NCBI GenBank assembly: GCA_040954595.2
Contig: CM082576.2
Span: forward strand, 5,368,760-5,432,759
DNA from: Balanoglossus misakiensis
Taxonomy: Eukaryota > Animalia > Hemichordata
Direction of reading: 5' to 3'
DNA: 64,000 nt
Of the stretch, positions 13,917 to 28,100 are shown one piece after another. Made by a program: the position numbers and the translations under genes. Position 1 is the stretch's first letter; each line of letters opens with the position of its first letter. The notes under the pieces are model-generated. The model searched no databases and was not told the origin of the DNA. It worked only from the letters and a program-made list of their open reading frames with translations.

Positions 13917-16666
13917 CATCTTTAAATTGTACTATAAAGATTTTAATGTGTACTGTCTCAAAAATTCTCAAGTGTGGGCGAGTGTAATTTTCTTGCCTAC
14001 ACGGGTGGGTATGACATAATTTATGGTCAAAGTTCTACACAATTAGCTGTGAAAATTTATTAAGCCACGGGACATGAATTTTCTTAAGAAAATGCTATCA
14101 TCACCGGTTGAATTTTCCGCTAGCAACCTCATTCTCCCACAGCGAGTAATTAATGTCAAATATTGATTGCGACTGCGGGTCATACTCGCACATGTCGTTA
14201 TATATTGATGAAAAGTGTGACGCGCGGGGGTCATTTGGAACGCGTGATGGACTAGGATTGTTGGGTTAACCCAGAGGTACTTTGTAGCATGATGTGAAAC
14301 ACTGTCAAATCATTGGACGGAACTATATACACTGCATTAGGTGAACAAGAAACAAGTGGTAACCTGTGTGTGTTTTATCTCCAAGGCACGACTGATTCCT
14401 CTGCTGGCGACAGGGGATTTTTTCATCAAGATCAAAAGCCACAAACATTCTGTATGGTTTGCCCCTGGCATTAAGCCGTGAGTTTGCGAAACACGAGGAA
14501 ATTAGGTTGTCCGTCTCGCCTCCCTCAAGAAAATCAACGTGATAAATGTTCGCGACTTTTTTCGACAGTTTGAAGCAGTCAGAAGCTGTGTGTTTTCACG
14601 TGTAGGCCTATAGTTATATTTTTATAGTACTCCAGAGATACGCGTCTGCTTGCGTCTGACCTCGATGCTGGCAACAAGAATCACTACAGTAAGGTTAATT
14701 GGTTACAGCATTTGAATAGATGGGCGGTCATTGAGAAGGGCAAATTCAATCTAAATTTGCCCTATGTTTTCTACACCATCTGGTGGTATCCAAGAACAGC
14801 ACATACCAATTGCAACACTGACATGGCTCATATAAAGATACCATTGATACTGACAGGTTGATTTTTATAGGGACTTATTCATCTGTAAATAGACAAGTCC
14901 AAATAACAAGTATGTGTTATTGGGTGTTTTTCTGTCGCGGAATACTTTCCAATTTAATACCAATATTTTTCTTCTGCTAACTGCAATGTGACAACTTGAG
15001 TTCGTATACATACATGCATTCTCGTGGGTGGTAAAAAACAAATGGTTGAATGCTTAATGTAAACTGACAACGAACCGAGCATACATAGTGTCAAATGATT
15101 GACACTTTGTACTTTTTGTACTGGTTCACGACATGCACTTACTGTCACATGAGGATTGTTGTTATTCGCTGAGCGACTCAACAGGTATACATGTACACGC
15201 CCCATGGCAAAGTGGGCTTGACGTATACACGTGGTGGAGATAGGACCAATTAATCAATGTCATTTTTCTGATAAACAAATGCAATGTTGCCATATCATGT
15301 GAAACACGATTGGGCAGTTTGAAGAACCCCCTCACACTGATTATCTGTAAAAACAAATTGATAGCTTGTAAGTACTGAAATACTATAGGTACGTAATGCA
15401 AACGAAAGTGCTCTAACTCAACGTGTACACTACTACAAGTGTACACACACGTTAAAGCTCGATAATAATTACAGTACGTTGCTCTCTGTCTCACTCGCAT
15501 ACACGGCACATAATCTAGCTCATCCGGGATATAATACAGAAGACGCCGTTTGTTATCCAACCTAATCAATGGTGTCTCAATTTGTCATGTTCGAAATGAC
15601 TCACTTAATGGCTCATAAAAACATACCGGTACCAGGTACTACGACGTTTTAAATCAATCCTTATTCTTATGATGATTTACTGCGAGAACAGCGTCATCAA
15701 CGTCTCCATTCTATTCCCGGCCCCGTGAGCTGACAAATTCATGCAATATTTTGCTATTAGGCCTGACACACATCAACCCACACTTTATCGTTTTCTAAAA
15801 TACCTTCACAAGCACCAGTTTTACGACCAGGTGAACCTCGGCCAACAGAACCAGTAATTTCACATAAGGAACTCGCTTGTCAGTCAGTATTTATATATCC
15901 TTTGATCTTGCAATCCCATTTTGTGAGATTATATATTAAATATACCAGCAAGTTTCATGAAGTTTTGACGCAAGTTGTCTTTCTGATGATTCAGATACAA
16001 CATTGATTACAAGCAATACGTGGATTATTCTATTTGGCTTTCGCATGTGTTCATATCATTTATCATAACAGTCGCAAATCAGGATATTAAGGTACACGCT
16101 TCAAGCCCCGACATGGCTGTGGGGTTTGTGTCCTTGCACAAGGTACATTGTACATTGTACTTTACTTCTTATTGCTGCGCCACACCCAGGAGATATGAGT
16201 ACATGTACCTAGTGTGTTAGCTTTGATGCTCCAATTAGCACCTCAGATATGAACGGATGTCTGCTCCCAAGGGAGTTAGTTAAAGTGTATATGTTACATT
16301 TGCTGTGATTGGTGCACACGATTTTCAAGCCGTTGGCAACAGAACTCTGAAGGGTTTTGCACGCGCGGCTTTGTCGAGGAGACTGTATTGGCTGACCTAA
16401 CCCCAACCATGACAGTCCTGACAATGGCTATGCTGATGCATCGCTGGGGTATTAGTACGGTGTATGGTATGAAATGAAAAATAAAAATATTTATTGTCTT
16501 AAAAAACTAAAGGGTGGAAAAAAAAACGCAATAAGGCAAATACTGATAATCAGCATACTGTATTTGGGTGTGCTGATCTTCCTGCACTCATGAAATGTGA
16601 TCCTTGTGTTGGGGAATGGCAATGCTCTGACGTCAGGAGTCTGGCAAGTTTGGTTTCTTCGACAGT

Positions 16667-19600
16667 CTAGTAGCATGGACCAATGTGATCAACGATACCA
16701 CTTCCTTCGGTTCCGTTGAAGAAGAAGAAGTTGTCATGCGGAGGATCTTTTCCTGAAACAGCCTGGACGAAATCACAGAGGGACGGTGACGGGGTCAATA
16801 GTTTCAAATTGTTACGTTACAATAAGTTATCAGTTGTGCGGGGTGAGAGTTACACAAGTAAAAGTCTGAGAATACTATTGCATACTTTACCTTAATCACT
16901 TCTTGGCCAACTACGCCACCAACCACAGCACATGTGGGACTCAGCTCTCCCATACAGAATCTACGGGGGATGAAGGACAACATGAATGAGAAATCATGAT
17001 GACAGAAAGGGTTCAGCATGTTTCGGATTGCAGAAGAACATAAAACAAACAGACATACATACATACACATACAGATGCAACCGATCCCATAATTTATAAG
17101 GTCCCACTGGTATACAACTTGTATATGTATATACAAATGGGACCTAAAATGTCACAAAAGTGAAAACGATTCGACCATGTCTCTTTAATCTACGCCATTC
17201 ATGTATTTAACTTAATTTGGCAGATCACAAACTTTGGAACTTTGGAAGCAAGGTCCAATTTGAAGAGGTGATGACTGAAACTCGATCAAGTCTACAGTTG
17301 ATGGATGACTATCATCCTTCACGGAAGCTAATTCTTCGCGAAAAAAAAGAGTCCATGATAGAATACTTGTCAAGTGAGGAATACTCTAACAATAAGGCTA
17401 ATACAGTGAAATTTTCAATTTGTCAATATTAGTTCCATTAGGCACAATCCACGCATTCGTAAGAGCCGTCTTGAAACTGAATAATGCAGACGCAATTCAG
17501 TTACCATGGAAATACACAAGCCATTTCGTTAACACCATCACCTTCTCGTTAACGGTTCGCGATTTTCCATTTTCTGAAAACACCATTTCTCTTTGCTCCC
17601 TCATCACACTTCGAATGTTTACTCTCAAAACACTGTAATAACGATGCCGAAGTGCGACTACATGATGTTGTACCAGAGCAATAAATGTTCATTTCAACCG
17701 ACAGTAACCTTTGGCATCAAGAGCACCCACCAACGCCTCATCACTTTAGCGTAATACAGAAATGTAAAAAAAGATCACGATTTCCTGTCTTATCACGAGA
17801 AAGGATAGAAAACTGTAAATCAAGAAAAGTGAGTAATATAAATCTGTCGGTTCTTCACTCAAGGGAATAATGAACATGGAGGCTTGTGATTGGACGACCG
17901 TAATCATCGGAGATATTCATGTATTCTGAAATGTGACATCACCTTGTGAAATCGCCGTTCACTTTGTCTTGGTTCACCTTGATCTCGTTCATGACTTCAT
18001 CTCGAAGTTTCAGCAGGCGGTCTTCATCCTCCTCCGAGTGTTGTCGGCAGGGATCTCGGCCATGGTCCTCTCGAAATTTCAGTAAAACTGGTCGAGAATC
18101 AAACAGAAAGGCATTGACAGAAATGCCATGGTAAAATATGATTTTTTATGACAACTGCAAACATGGACAAACAAGAAAAGTCTGTCTCTTCCGTTCACTC
18201 AGTGGCATTAGCACATAAAATGTATATTTCTGAAAACACAAAGGAAGAGATTGTCATGACAGTACAGACATATCTGAGTAGAAGTCTGAATAGGTGGGTT
18301 ACCAGGGTAGCCAAGAGCTGACCCAGTTGGAAAGGAATTTCTGATCTCTACAGGTCAAATGACACACATGGAGATGTGTCAAAATTCTCATTTCACTTGA
18401 GATTATTTTTCTAGGTACTTACTTTGCATGAGGAAATAGATACTTGACAACCTCTTCAAGGACTTCACCGCTTTTTCTTCCGTCCAATCAACGGACAACG
18501 CTTCTTGCAATCGGCAGTATTTCGCACTTTTCTTTGTAATGACTGTTTCGGCCACTGACACTTTGGCTTTTTTGTCCGTGTGGTTCTCTTTGGACGGTTC
18601 ATGTTTGATCACTTTGTGTTTTTCTCTGTGGGAGAGAAAAAGAGTCCACTGATTATACGCTATTTGCAATTGAGCTCAAAATAAGTGTCCAACAAATGCA
18701 TGATCAGATATAATGCAAAAGTGCAATTTAAAGGGGACGTCTCCAAGGATGCTTTTTGCATATACGTCTCCAAGGAGGTTGGTTAGCCAATAGAAGTCAT
18801 TGCATGTAAAATGTCACTATTTGTTGACTTCAAAGCAGTGATGTGTATACACACAATGGCAATGGACCTTGACTTCATCACCTTTTTATGAAGTGTCCTA
18901 ATTCTAAAATCCATTTTCATACCTGATAAATGCACACATGTAATTTATGGAATAGCTTTGTATTAACAGTGTGACTGTATACATTGTAACTGCAGGGACG
19001 ACTAATTTCGGAAGAAGGGTTTTGTAGTGCCTTCAGTATAAGATGCAAAGAGATCATAGATTTGAAATTCCCTTTTAGGAAGTCTAAATCCCTTTATAAA
19101 CTGTGGTATACACGTAGGAAGCACAACGCCGTATTTCACGCAGGGAGCTGGCAGTAAAGGGTGTGCAAAACCACGCAAAACAATCTCGTTGGAAAAACAC
19201 AGAAAAAAAACAATCAGTACTCACTCAACATAGTTGTGCTCAACAAGATCAGAAAACATGTATCCGTAATATCCAAAGACGTCACAGGCAAAAAACTTGA
19301 CTTTACTTTCATGGCAGATCTCGTTGATTTTAAGCAGTGTTTTACGATCGCAGCATGTGACACACACAATGTTGAACTTCTGGAAGAATTCTTTGGGTTT
19401 GTCACCGACACTACTGGTGTCGACCAGCACTTCAACATTTGGGTTCAGTTCTTTGGTGCTCTCCGCGGAAGCTTCTGCTCTCTGGAACGGAAAAACAAAA
19501 ATTGTAAAACCTCTGATAGTGACACTTTTCAAAAAAAAAAGATATGACTGTGGGATAAAGCCAAACAAAGTTACGAGTATCATGTGATTCTCGTTACTCA

Positions 19601-21816
19601 ATGATATCTTTACGTTCAGTGCCAAATTTGAAATATTTTTTACATTTGCACAAATTGTAGGTCGATGACCAGTTTTATGTCAATACATGTAGGCACTGAC
19701 CCACCCGCAGAAGAAAAAAGGTGTATTTTGCAATCATTACTGACCACAAAAATGCAAAACCTGCAGGATTATGAGAATGCTGAAATCCCAGATAGGCATG
19801 TTACAATATCAAACCCCTTGCACAACATAAAGTCCCAAGGTAAGAAACAGTCACACATGCAGAGAGATATTATGCACCTCACCATTTTGCAATTCAAGAA
19901 AGTAATCTGAAAACTCATTATTTCTGGGAGAAATATGGGTATTTATCTATTTTGAAACGGCACCATCACCCACATCATTATATCCTTTCCTAACTGCAAA
20001 AACATTTGTCGCAAATACACATGAGAATAGCTTTATACTAGTATAGTGAGGATGGCTGGCACCTTGGGGCCAATAAATTTTCCCCAACAAAAGCTCAATC
20101 TCTGAGACACAATTTGTGGACATTTCATTTCTCTTTTCAATTACAGACACAATCAATTGCCCACTGTGGTCATGTTAACACAGTTTTATGTACAAACTCA
20201 CAAGCGAACATCGTTAAGGGATGGCCTGACACGTTGTAGACCTGGCCTACACAATTTCATATACACTGATGGTACATCTAATCCCGCAGTTTCAATTTCT
20301 AATATGCTAAATATTTTTCACACTTTGTATACTAAATGCTATTACTTGTTTTGCATTTAAATCATGTTGAAACACACATTTTTCCAGTCTATCAAGAAAT
20401 CATTAGTATGCATAATTAGTTGACACTGTTGAAATTAAGTTCCTAGGTCCACTTAAATTTCACTGTCGCTGGTAAAAATGCATGCTCCCGTGCTATGTTT
20501 TTTCCAGTACTTTTCAACAACAACAATAATAGTGATGTGTGTTAATAAACTACTTTTTCACCATGGTTAAGGGTTCTTCAGCAAATTTGAAGAAGAAATT
20601 TTAAGCAGATACACAAAACAAAAAAAGATCAAAAATGAGACAAAATATGCAGCTATAAATGTCCAGCCTTTCAGCAGGATAAAACACTGCATATATGTAA
20701 GGTGTATTGTGAGTGTGTGAAATATGTAGTTGATGTTGAAGACTTATCATGTACTGTACTTACATTCTTTCCAACAGAATCTCTTGTCACAAGGAATTGC
20801 GAGAACGCATCCTCTTCTGTCACATTGGAGTCGTCAAGAAGAGTAATCGACTTCAAACCAGACAGGACGACATTTTTACAAATCTCTGCACCCACACCTT
20901 TCAGTCCCACAAGCAGCATTTTAGAAGCTCTGAGTCTAGAAAACCACAAAGAGAAAGCATCCCAATTTATGTGGAGGGTCACGCACAATGTTTACATAAA
21001 TACTAAAATAGACAAAAATCTTTCCCCAGGCTACACTACGTACTTGCTGCTTTGAATCAGAGCCGCATTTGTACAAGCCTTTCAAAGTTTAGTGTTTGGT
21101 TTCTCAGGGAAGTTATTAAGCATACATGTATCTGCACATAATTAGCTACGTCTGGTTTCGCTACATGTGCATGACCAAAACAGCTACTTCTGTACGCAGT
21201 AAGTTTTCTATAATTTTTCATACTATCCACATCATGATGATGACGTAGAGGGCGCCACCCTCAGGTGTGCATGAGTGCATGTAGGGCATGTAGGACAGTA
21301 GTAGGACTGGCTTGCGTATATTTCCGTGCAATAGATATTATACATGTACATCTACTTGTATTGCTGTTCTGTCAAGATATCCGTAAGAACGATATAGGTA
21401 TATTTCTAACGTATCATAAACAGCAGGCTTGTCGAAACAGACAGCTGTCTTTGTGATGAAGTCCTTGTAATGCAAGTTGCAATATCGACTTGACGGATCT
21501 GGTTCTCTTAGTGGACACGACTCTACCCCATGGCAACGATACCATGGCAATGAGGGTGAGTTAGGGTTAGGGTTAGGAGGGTTAGGGGTGGCAATGTGAG
21601 GGTGAGTTTAACCCTAACCCTAACCCTCCTAACCCTAACCCTAAAAACCATTGTATCGCCCATGGGGTATAGTCGTGTCCACTAAGAGAACCAGATCCGA
21701 CTTGACACATCTCGTACTGCTCACCTTTTCTGAGCATCCAGCCCCCACAGACGGATCTGTCTGTCGTAAAGAGCCGCTTCATCTTCAGTAATTGCGTCGT
21801 TCTGTTGATCAGTCAT
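16667..21816 (-). CDS. SAE1: SUMO-activating enzyme subunit 1 (Aos1), 344 aa
   Basis: Exons 21725-21816, 20764-20935, 19225-19481, 18423-18625, 17943-18087, 16891-16960, 16667-16762; all introns GT-AG with consistent phases (1035 nt). Motifs: ITEDEAALYDRQIRLWGLDAQKRLR, LLVGLKGVGAEICKNVVLSGLKSITLLD, ELSPTCAVVGGVVGQEVIKAVSGKDPPHDNFFFFNG. Confidence 0.97.
21495..21698. mobile_element. 204-bp palindromic MITE containing TTAGGG/CCCTAA repeats, with 8-bp TSD, in SAE1 intron 1
   Basis: TIR GGATCTGGTTCTCTTAGTGGACACGACT is perfectly mirrored at the right end. Direct repeat GACTTGAC at 21487-21494 and 21699-21706. Confidence 0.9.
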
Positions 21817-22050
21817 TGTTTCAGTAGATTTTGGCGACTTCATTCAAACAAACCGCACATGTGAAATTTCTTACTGCAGTTCCGGTTACGATGCATTGTG
21901 GGACATCGTCTATAACGACTAAAGCGATTGGGTTTTAGTGCCTATACCCCCATAATATTGACCAATCAAACGAATTCTTCTTTTAGTGAATGGTGAGTGA
22001 CCTGGACCCGGAAGAAGCCATTTGTGATTGTACACAACAAACCTACCACC
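21817..22050. promoter_or_regulatory. Compact bidirectional promoter region between SAE1 and SRP14
   Basis: Only 234 bp separate the divergent start codons (21816 and 22051); a CCAAT motif is present near 21962. Confidence 0.7.
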
Positions 22051-23742
22051 ATGGTTCTCCTTGAAAACGACGCCGTGAGTACGATCGAAGTGATTTTTAA
22101 CTAGATTTCGTGCACTCATTTACTATATTCTATGACATTTGAAGACTATATAGTTTTATAATGATATTTCTACCTCCCGTTTCAGTTCCTGAATGAATTG
22201 ACGAAACTGTTCCAAAAAACTCGAACAGCTGGTACTGCATGGCTCACAATGAAGAAATGTAAGTTAACATTGATTTCTCACTTTATAATCATCATGTAAT
22301 GTAATATTCACGCACTTGTATGTTACTATCATTGACTAAAAGGGAAGGCTGATAATTCCATTTCATAGAGAATCGCCCAAACGTTTTGTAGAGGTAGGTT
22401 GAGCTTAGAGATTATCAACACACTGTACTGTAGGTAAAGGTGAGGTATGGGTTAGGGTAGCTATTTGTGTGTGTATGGGGGGAGGGGGGGGGGGGCTATT
22501 CCTGATTACATTATAACGTGTAGGATCTAGTGCATGGGAATACCCCCAGTTTGAAGAGAGGGGCTTTTATGAAGCATTTATAGCAATCATCATTATGGTT
22601 ATTAACAAACATTGATGGATTGTAATATTTTTAGATCACGGCCAGACGAAACCCAAACCGAGAGCAAGTAGAGGGGATTCTCACGAACACACTGAACAGA
22701 AATGTCTTCTTAGAGCATCAAATGGGAAGAAAAAAATTAGTACTGTGGTAAGTTTTTTGGTAAAATAATCTTGGTTTGTCTGAGTAGAGAACACTAGTCA
22801 ACGATTTAAACCTGTTATTTACAAGTGAGATTTATTAAATTTCTTGCTGTGTTGCCATGCAGTGAGAATGAAAAGAACGTATTGTAAATTGCAGCGGTGA
22901 AATGTCAAAGTATATATCCTTTCCAAAATTGGAAAAATCCTTTCCAGATTCATCTTCTACTTCTGATAGATCAAACAACCGCTTTTCATGTTGAATATCA
23001 TTATATGTGATGAAGACTTATGAAAGCAATGTTGAAGTGGCAAGCAAATTTCCAATCAGTTTTGAAGGTGTTCTTTTAATGAAAAAAAAATGACTCGCAT
23101 ATTTCTTTTGATTATGGCACTCGGCTAATATTAATTGATGGGTCACTCCTATCAGAGGTGAAATAGTGCATATACCGTATCCCATTATTGGAATAAAACT
23201 AGCAATTATAAATAAACATCATTTTTTATGGTATCTTTTCCACAGATTTCTTCAAAAGATGTTAACAAGTTTCAGATGGTAAGTGAACCATATCTCATAA
23301 TGAAGACACAGAAATGCATGTTGGGATGTGTCCATCCAGTTACTGATGTAATAATTACATCATTTGACATTCAAGAAATACCATTTGTAATTTTCTTCCC
23401 AGTTTTTCTCTGTCTCTCGGGTGTTCTGCAGTGGCATGTTATTGCGCCCTCTATGCATGAATATTACCATTCTTCTGTTTACATTACACCATATTGGCTT
23501 CCAAAGACTGTTGTATTTTAGATTCCAATGAAACTGAGCTTCATAAAGTACATCGATAAAGAAATCATTATTCTAAATGTAAGGCAGCAAAGCATTTCTC
23601 ACAAATAATCTGACAATGACATTTTCTCTCTCCCTGTTTTCATCAGGCGTATGCAACGGTTCTAAAAGCGAACATGGACAGTTTGAAGAAGAGAGATAAG
23701 AGCTCCAAGGGAAAAGGCAAAAAGTCAAAAGCAACGCAGTAA
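22051..23742 (+). CDS. SRP14: Signal recognition particle 14 kDa protein, 112 aa
   Basis: Exons 22051-22074, 22186-22258, 22635-22747, 23246-23278, 23647-23742, all GT-AG and in frame: MVLLENDAFLNELTKLFQKTRTAGTAWLTMKKYHGQTKPKP...KCLLRASNGKKKISTVISSKDVNKFQMAYATVLKANMDSLKKRDKSSKGKGKKSKATQ. Confidence 0.97.
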
Positions 23743-25170
23743 TGCTGACGTCAGAGATACTGTTATGAATATTCTTTTAATTTTATCGTACGTCATCTGG
23801 GTACCATGAACATTGAGTCAGTGGTTTGCACGTAATCATTAGTTTGGAGCAGCAACTTTAGCAGTTGTCAACAAACCTTGGTGTCTACTACCCAGAATGG
23901 AATACCAGAACATTGAAACCCGGGCTGCCATCATTTAACTTTTATGAATTCCAGTCGTTTCAGCTCGTGTCAAGTTTGTTTTCCCCTGCTTTTTTATGTT
24001 CTGAAAATGTGCAGTAAATTTATGTACACCTCATTTTTTTGAGAATGCTTGAATCAAGCTTGTCTCTCAATTTGTTTTTGATTATTATTAAAGTCTGTGA
24101 CAGAAAAAAAACAGCTTGTTGGCCAATTATTTGAATGCGGGTCGTGATGAGTTATCCAGTATATTCTGTAACTCATAGTTGCAGACACAATCCTAACTGA
24201 TTCTTTTTCAAGGAATGTTAATCTGTGTTTTGGCCACTGGTGGCGTTAGCAACTGTGTCCCTGTATGTGACATGTACTGCTTCAAACACGGCCTGGGAGA
24301 ATCTGGTGTTTACATTATTGAAGGACTGGCACTAACAATTATACGTTACATTTCAAAGCAAGATGAGATACATGATGAATACATTTATCATGATACTATG
24401 AATCAATAAATAATTACTCTTTACCCCCCCCCCCCCAAATAAAGTACTACTTGCATCAATACCTGTTCCACCATTAAACTAAACAATAGACAGTCCTGGT
24501 CATATAGAAATATCTAGAATAAATGAAAAGTTAGATTAATTGGATGTGGAGTCTGTATTAAAACACTACAATATATGGCTAAAGCAATCAAGTGCATATA
24601 GAATTTATAGTACCGTATCGGGTCAGTGATATCTGACTAATTTCAGACACACAAAGGCTCGACCAATTAGTGTACAACACACAAATGGTCTTTTGAAACC
24701 CACTCATGCGAATCGAAAATGTGCCTATAATTACAATTCAGTGACAACTGACATCTAATAAAATTAAACTGGAAATAGTTGAAAAGTCAGTGACAAAAAA
24801 TAAATTCATTTGGAAATGTTTCATATTCAACATTCTTTTTAAACTCGTGAGCTTATGTGGTGCAAATGTTTGATATGACAGACATCTGACTTGATATGTG
24901 AATTAATTGTACTTATGAAAAATTGTAATTGTTATGAAAATAAAAGTGCAGTACAAATGTAGATACAGATCGATACCACTTCACAATTATTGTACAAAAA
25001 TACATAGCCTGAGATTGGTATATTTTTTTAACATCAGAAACAAAAATTGTGTGAATAACAAAAAGACGTTCAAAATATTGCTCCGTGAAACTGTTACTCA
25101 TTTCCCCTGATGTTGGTCAAGCCACAATATGGGAAATGTTTGGCAGAACCAAACTGTAGAGGCGGTTGAT

Positions 25171-28100
25171 TTAAAACTCTGCAATGCTGTCGGCTCTTCC
25201 GCTGTCGACTGTCTCGTTGGTGTGGCCCTGCTTCTCGCGATCGCCGTCGTCCTCATATTTCCCCGACTTGCAAGATGGCGACGAGCACCCACAGATGACG
25301 CCGCAACACCAGAATCCGCAGCCTTTTGACGTGCTCACTCCGATGTCGACAGAGGGTTTGGTCTGCGTCTTTGCAAGATCCAGCTCTGTTTGCAACTGGA
25401 AAACGGTGGAAGGGATATGGGTGAACAGCAGCGTAGTGCACTGCAGTACAGTGTGGTGTGGTGAGGGTAGTGCTGTGTTCTGTTGTGTAGCGTACACACA
25501 CATGGAAAGTGGCAGTCTTCACAACTTACTTTTGCTAAAATATTGAAGTTTTGTAGTCAGCAAAAATATATTTTAGTAAATCATTAGGTTTTGTGTTCTA
25601 CAGCTTTACAGATACTTTATAAAGGCCAGGGGCGACTAAATTATAGCATATAGGGCCTAGGCCTAGATGCAAAATTTGCATCATGTAGTGCCCATTCCTA
25701 AATTCACCTCACCGGGAATCAGGGATTTAAAGACTTGAATTATTGTTTGTCTTATCCAAAGATGTGATAATTTACCGAATCCGTCAAAGCTGGAGGATTT
25801 TGTTATAGATTAACTTTCGTAATTCCTGCCCAGTGTAGCAGTTTGAAACCGTATTTTGATGAATCGTGGGGATATGAAGTAAAACGGCAGGGGAGATAAA
25901 AATAATGATAGATGGTCGTGTCAGTAACATTTAGTCTAGTCCTTCAGAAACGCAAGAGAGAAGCAACATGTATCACTCCAGATTATCATGATAATGTAAA
26001 CTGAGTGGGCGAATTGCTAGGTGAAAACGGCTATCTAATATACGCACATCCCCCCCCCCCCCCCACACACACACACACGGCCCCCAATGTTCTCACACTT
26101 TAATGTATAGCTATAGGCTAATCACTACCTGTTGAATTCTGTCCTTCAGTTCGGATTGCTCTTCCGCATGCACGTGTTTTGAAGATTCATAAGAATGGTT
26201 GGTGGACTGTGCTTTGTTCATGGTAGAAACTGGCTGGCCCTCAGGATACTTCTTCACGGATAAAATCTTGAAGGACATAAAAAAAAGTTAGACAGGAAAT
26301 TACTTCTCCTTGCTGGTTCTAAGACGACTAACATGGCAATTCGCTGTTTCTCTTCCTTTGGTAATAGGCTATTTTTTTTTACGAAATTGTTTCTTCGCGT
26401 GAAGTCAGTTCAATTGGCTTCGGCTCTTCATCCGCGTGCCCCCGGCAAGGACATCTTTTGCGTACGTATAGCAGTATACCTGGAATGCCCGTTAGCCATA
26501 CTGTGTCGTGCAATCGATTCCATGGCTGCTTCGTCAACTCACAATACAATAACCAGAGTTTTGCAATCATCGAGTGGGTTATGTAGTAAACTGAACGACG
26601 TGACAATTCATATTTCTCGTATGAAAGGACACTGTTTCCAATTTCAGCACGGGATGCTTTGGTGACCTAGCCTTTTGGCATTTGGTGGAAAGTCTGCTTA
26701 TAACGACATACATTATACAGACACAATTAACCTTCTCCGACTGTGATTTGATATCCATGTGTTGAACCGTTTTAAATTGTGATCTATCAATGCGCCTAAC
26801 CAACGTACCTTAGGCACAAATACAAGAAGCAGTGTTATCGATGTACAGAATATATCGATGGCCGACAGAAAGCCAAACAATGCATCGGCGTTGTGGTTTA
26901 TCACTGGGCTGACAGCAACACCAATTACCGATAAAACGATGACGTTGTAAACACTCATTCCAATATACTTGCTGTCGTTCAGGGCAGGTATGGAAACCTG
27001 AGGTAAATACAAAAAAATGTTGTGTTTTACCGATTGCAACTGAGGTTCGCAGGGCTATTTCCTTCAAAATGGAAATAACACTTCATTGAAACTCTTCCTA
27101 ATTCGGGCTCTTTAGGAGTCACCGCTCGTCAATAATAGCGAAGACTTCGAAAGTCTATTACGAGTATGCGAAAATTGTGTTAGCAGGGGGAAGTGCATAT
27201 AGCAATTGCTTGTCGTGTAATTTTCTTCTCAATAGGGTACATTCTAAACAGTGTCATTGATGGAAGTGCACCAAATGTTCCACGGTTATACTGAATACTC
27301 CAATCCGTGTCTTAGAACTGATACAGGATCGGAATAACATTCATAGACAAATCTCGCAGTGACGTGCACGGGTCTTTCACGTAAACATTTCAGTTGGCCG
27401 AGATATCTGCGATCAAAAGTGCGTTGCCAGAAACCTTTCACGCAACCCCGATGTAGAACAACGTTATCTCACAAAACTCTGTCAATGTTTTGCTGTGATA
27501 TGATCATATAATCCCATTTATTTGGTGACGTATGGAGGTATCCACGGTGGCGGCTCGGTTACCTTTCTAGTTTCCCAGGCGAGGAAAGTGCCGAAGATGA
27601 GGAGCAGGCCTTTGTAGGCATACAAGGCACCGAGCCAGTAGATGATGTCATCGCAGTGGCAGAATTCCACGATGGGTTGTATGATCTGATTCGGCACTAC
27701 AGGGTCATTCTGCAATCAAATATGACAATTTAGCGTTCGAACAGATGTTACTAACTTCAAGAAGTCAAGCAATCCCATCAACCTTTCATACAACTTACCT
27801 CTGGGTGAAGCATTGTTGTCGCTCGTCGAAAAGGGGAGAGTACTTGCCACACGGTCAGGATACTCACGTCAATCAGAACCAGTATTAATATCATGATGAA
27901 TAACTGCCTGTCCGTCACAATCTGAAGAGAAATCAGGGATCTATTAAAATGTTATATTAACCAAGGGGTCTTTGGATAGGTGGGGTTGTGTGTGATTTGG
28001 TGGGTGGTTTTTTGGTTGGGTTTGGGTGGGTGGGTGGGTGGATGGCTAGGGGTGGGTGGGTGGATGTGGATGGATTTGTGGACGGATGGCATAGGATGGG

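Noticed and set aside
13626-14019. MYVC/YIHT repeat ORFs (also at 40106-40598)
   Set aside because: Tetranucleotide microsatellite artefacts.
21556-21645. Head-to-head telomere repeats as a chromosome-fusion scar
   Set aside because: The repeats are enclosed by TIRs and an 8-bp TSD inside an intact intron, so they are transposon-borne.
25098-25329. Short ORFs with a TM-like stretch overlapping the GPCR last exon
   Set aside because: Alternative-frame or antisense shadows of the terminal exon.
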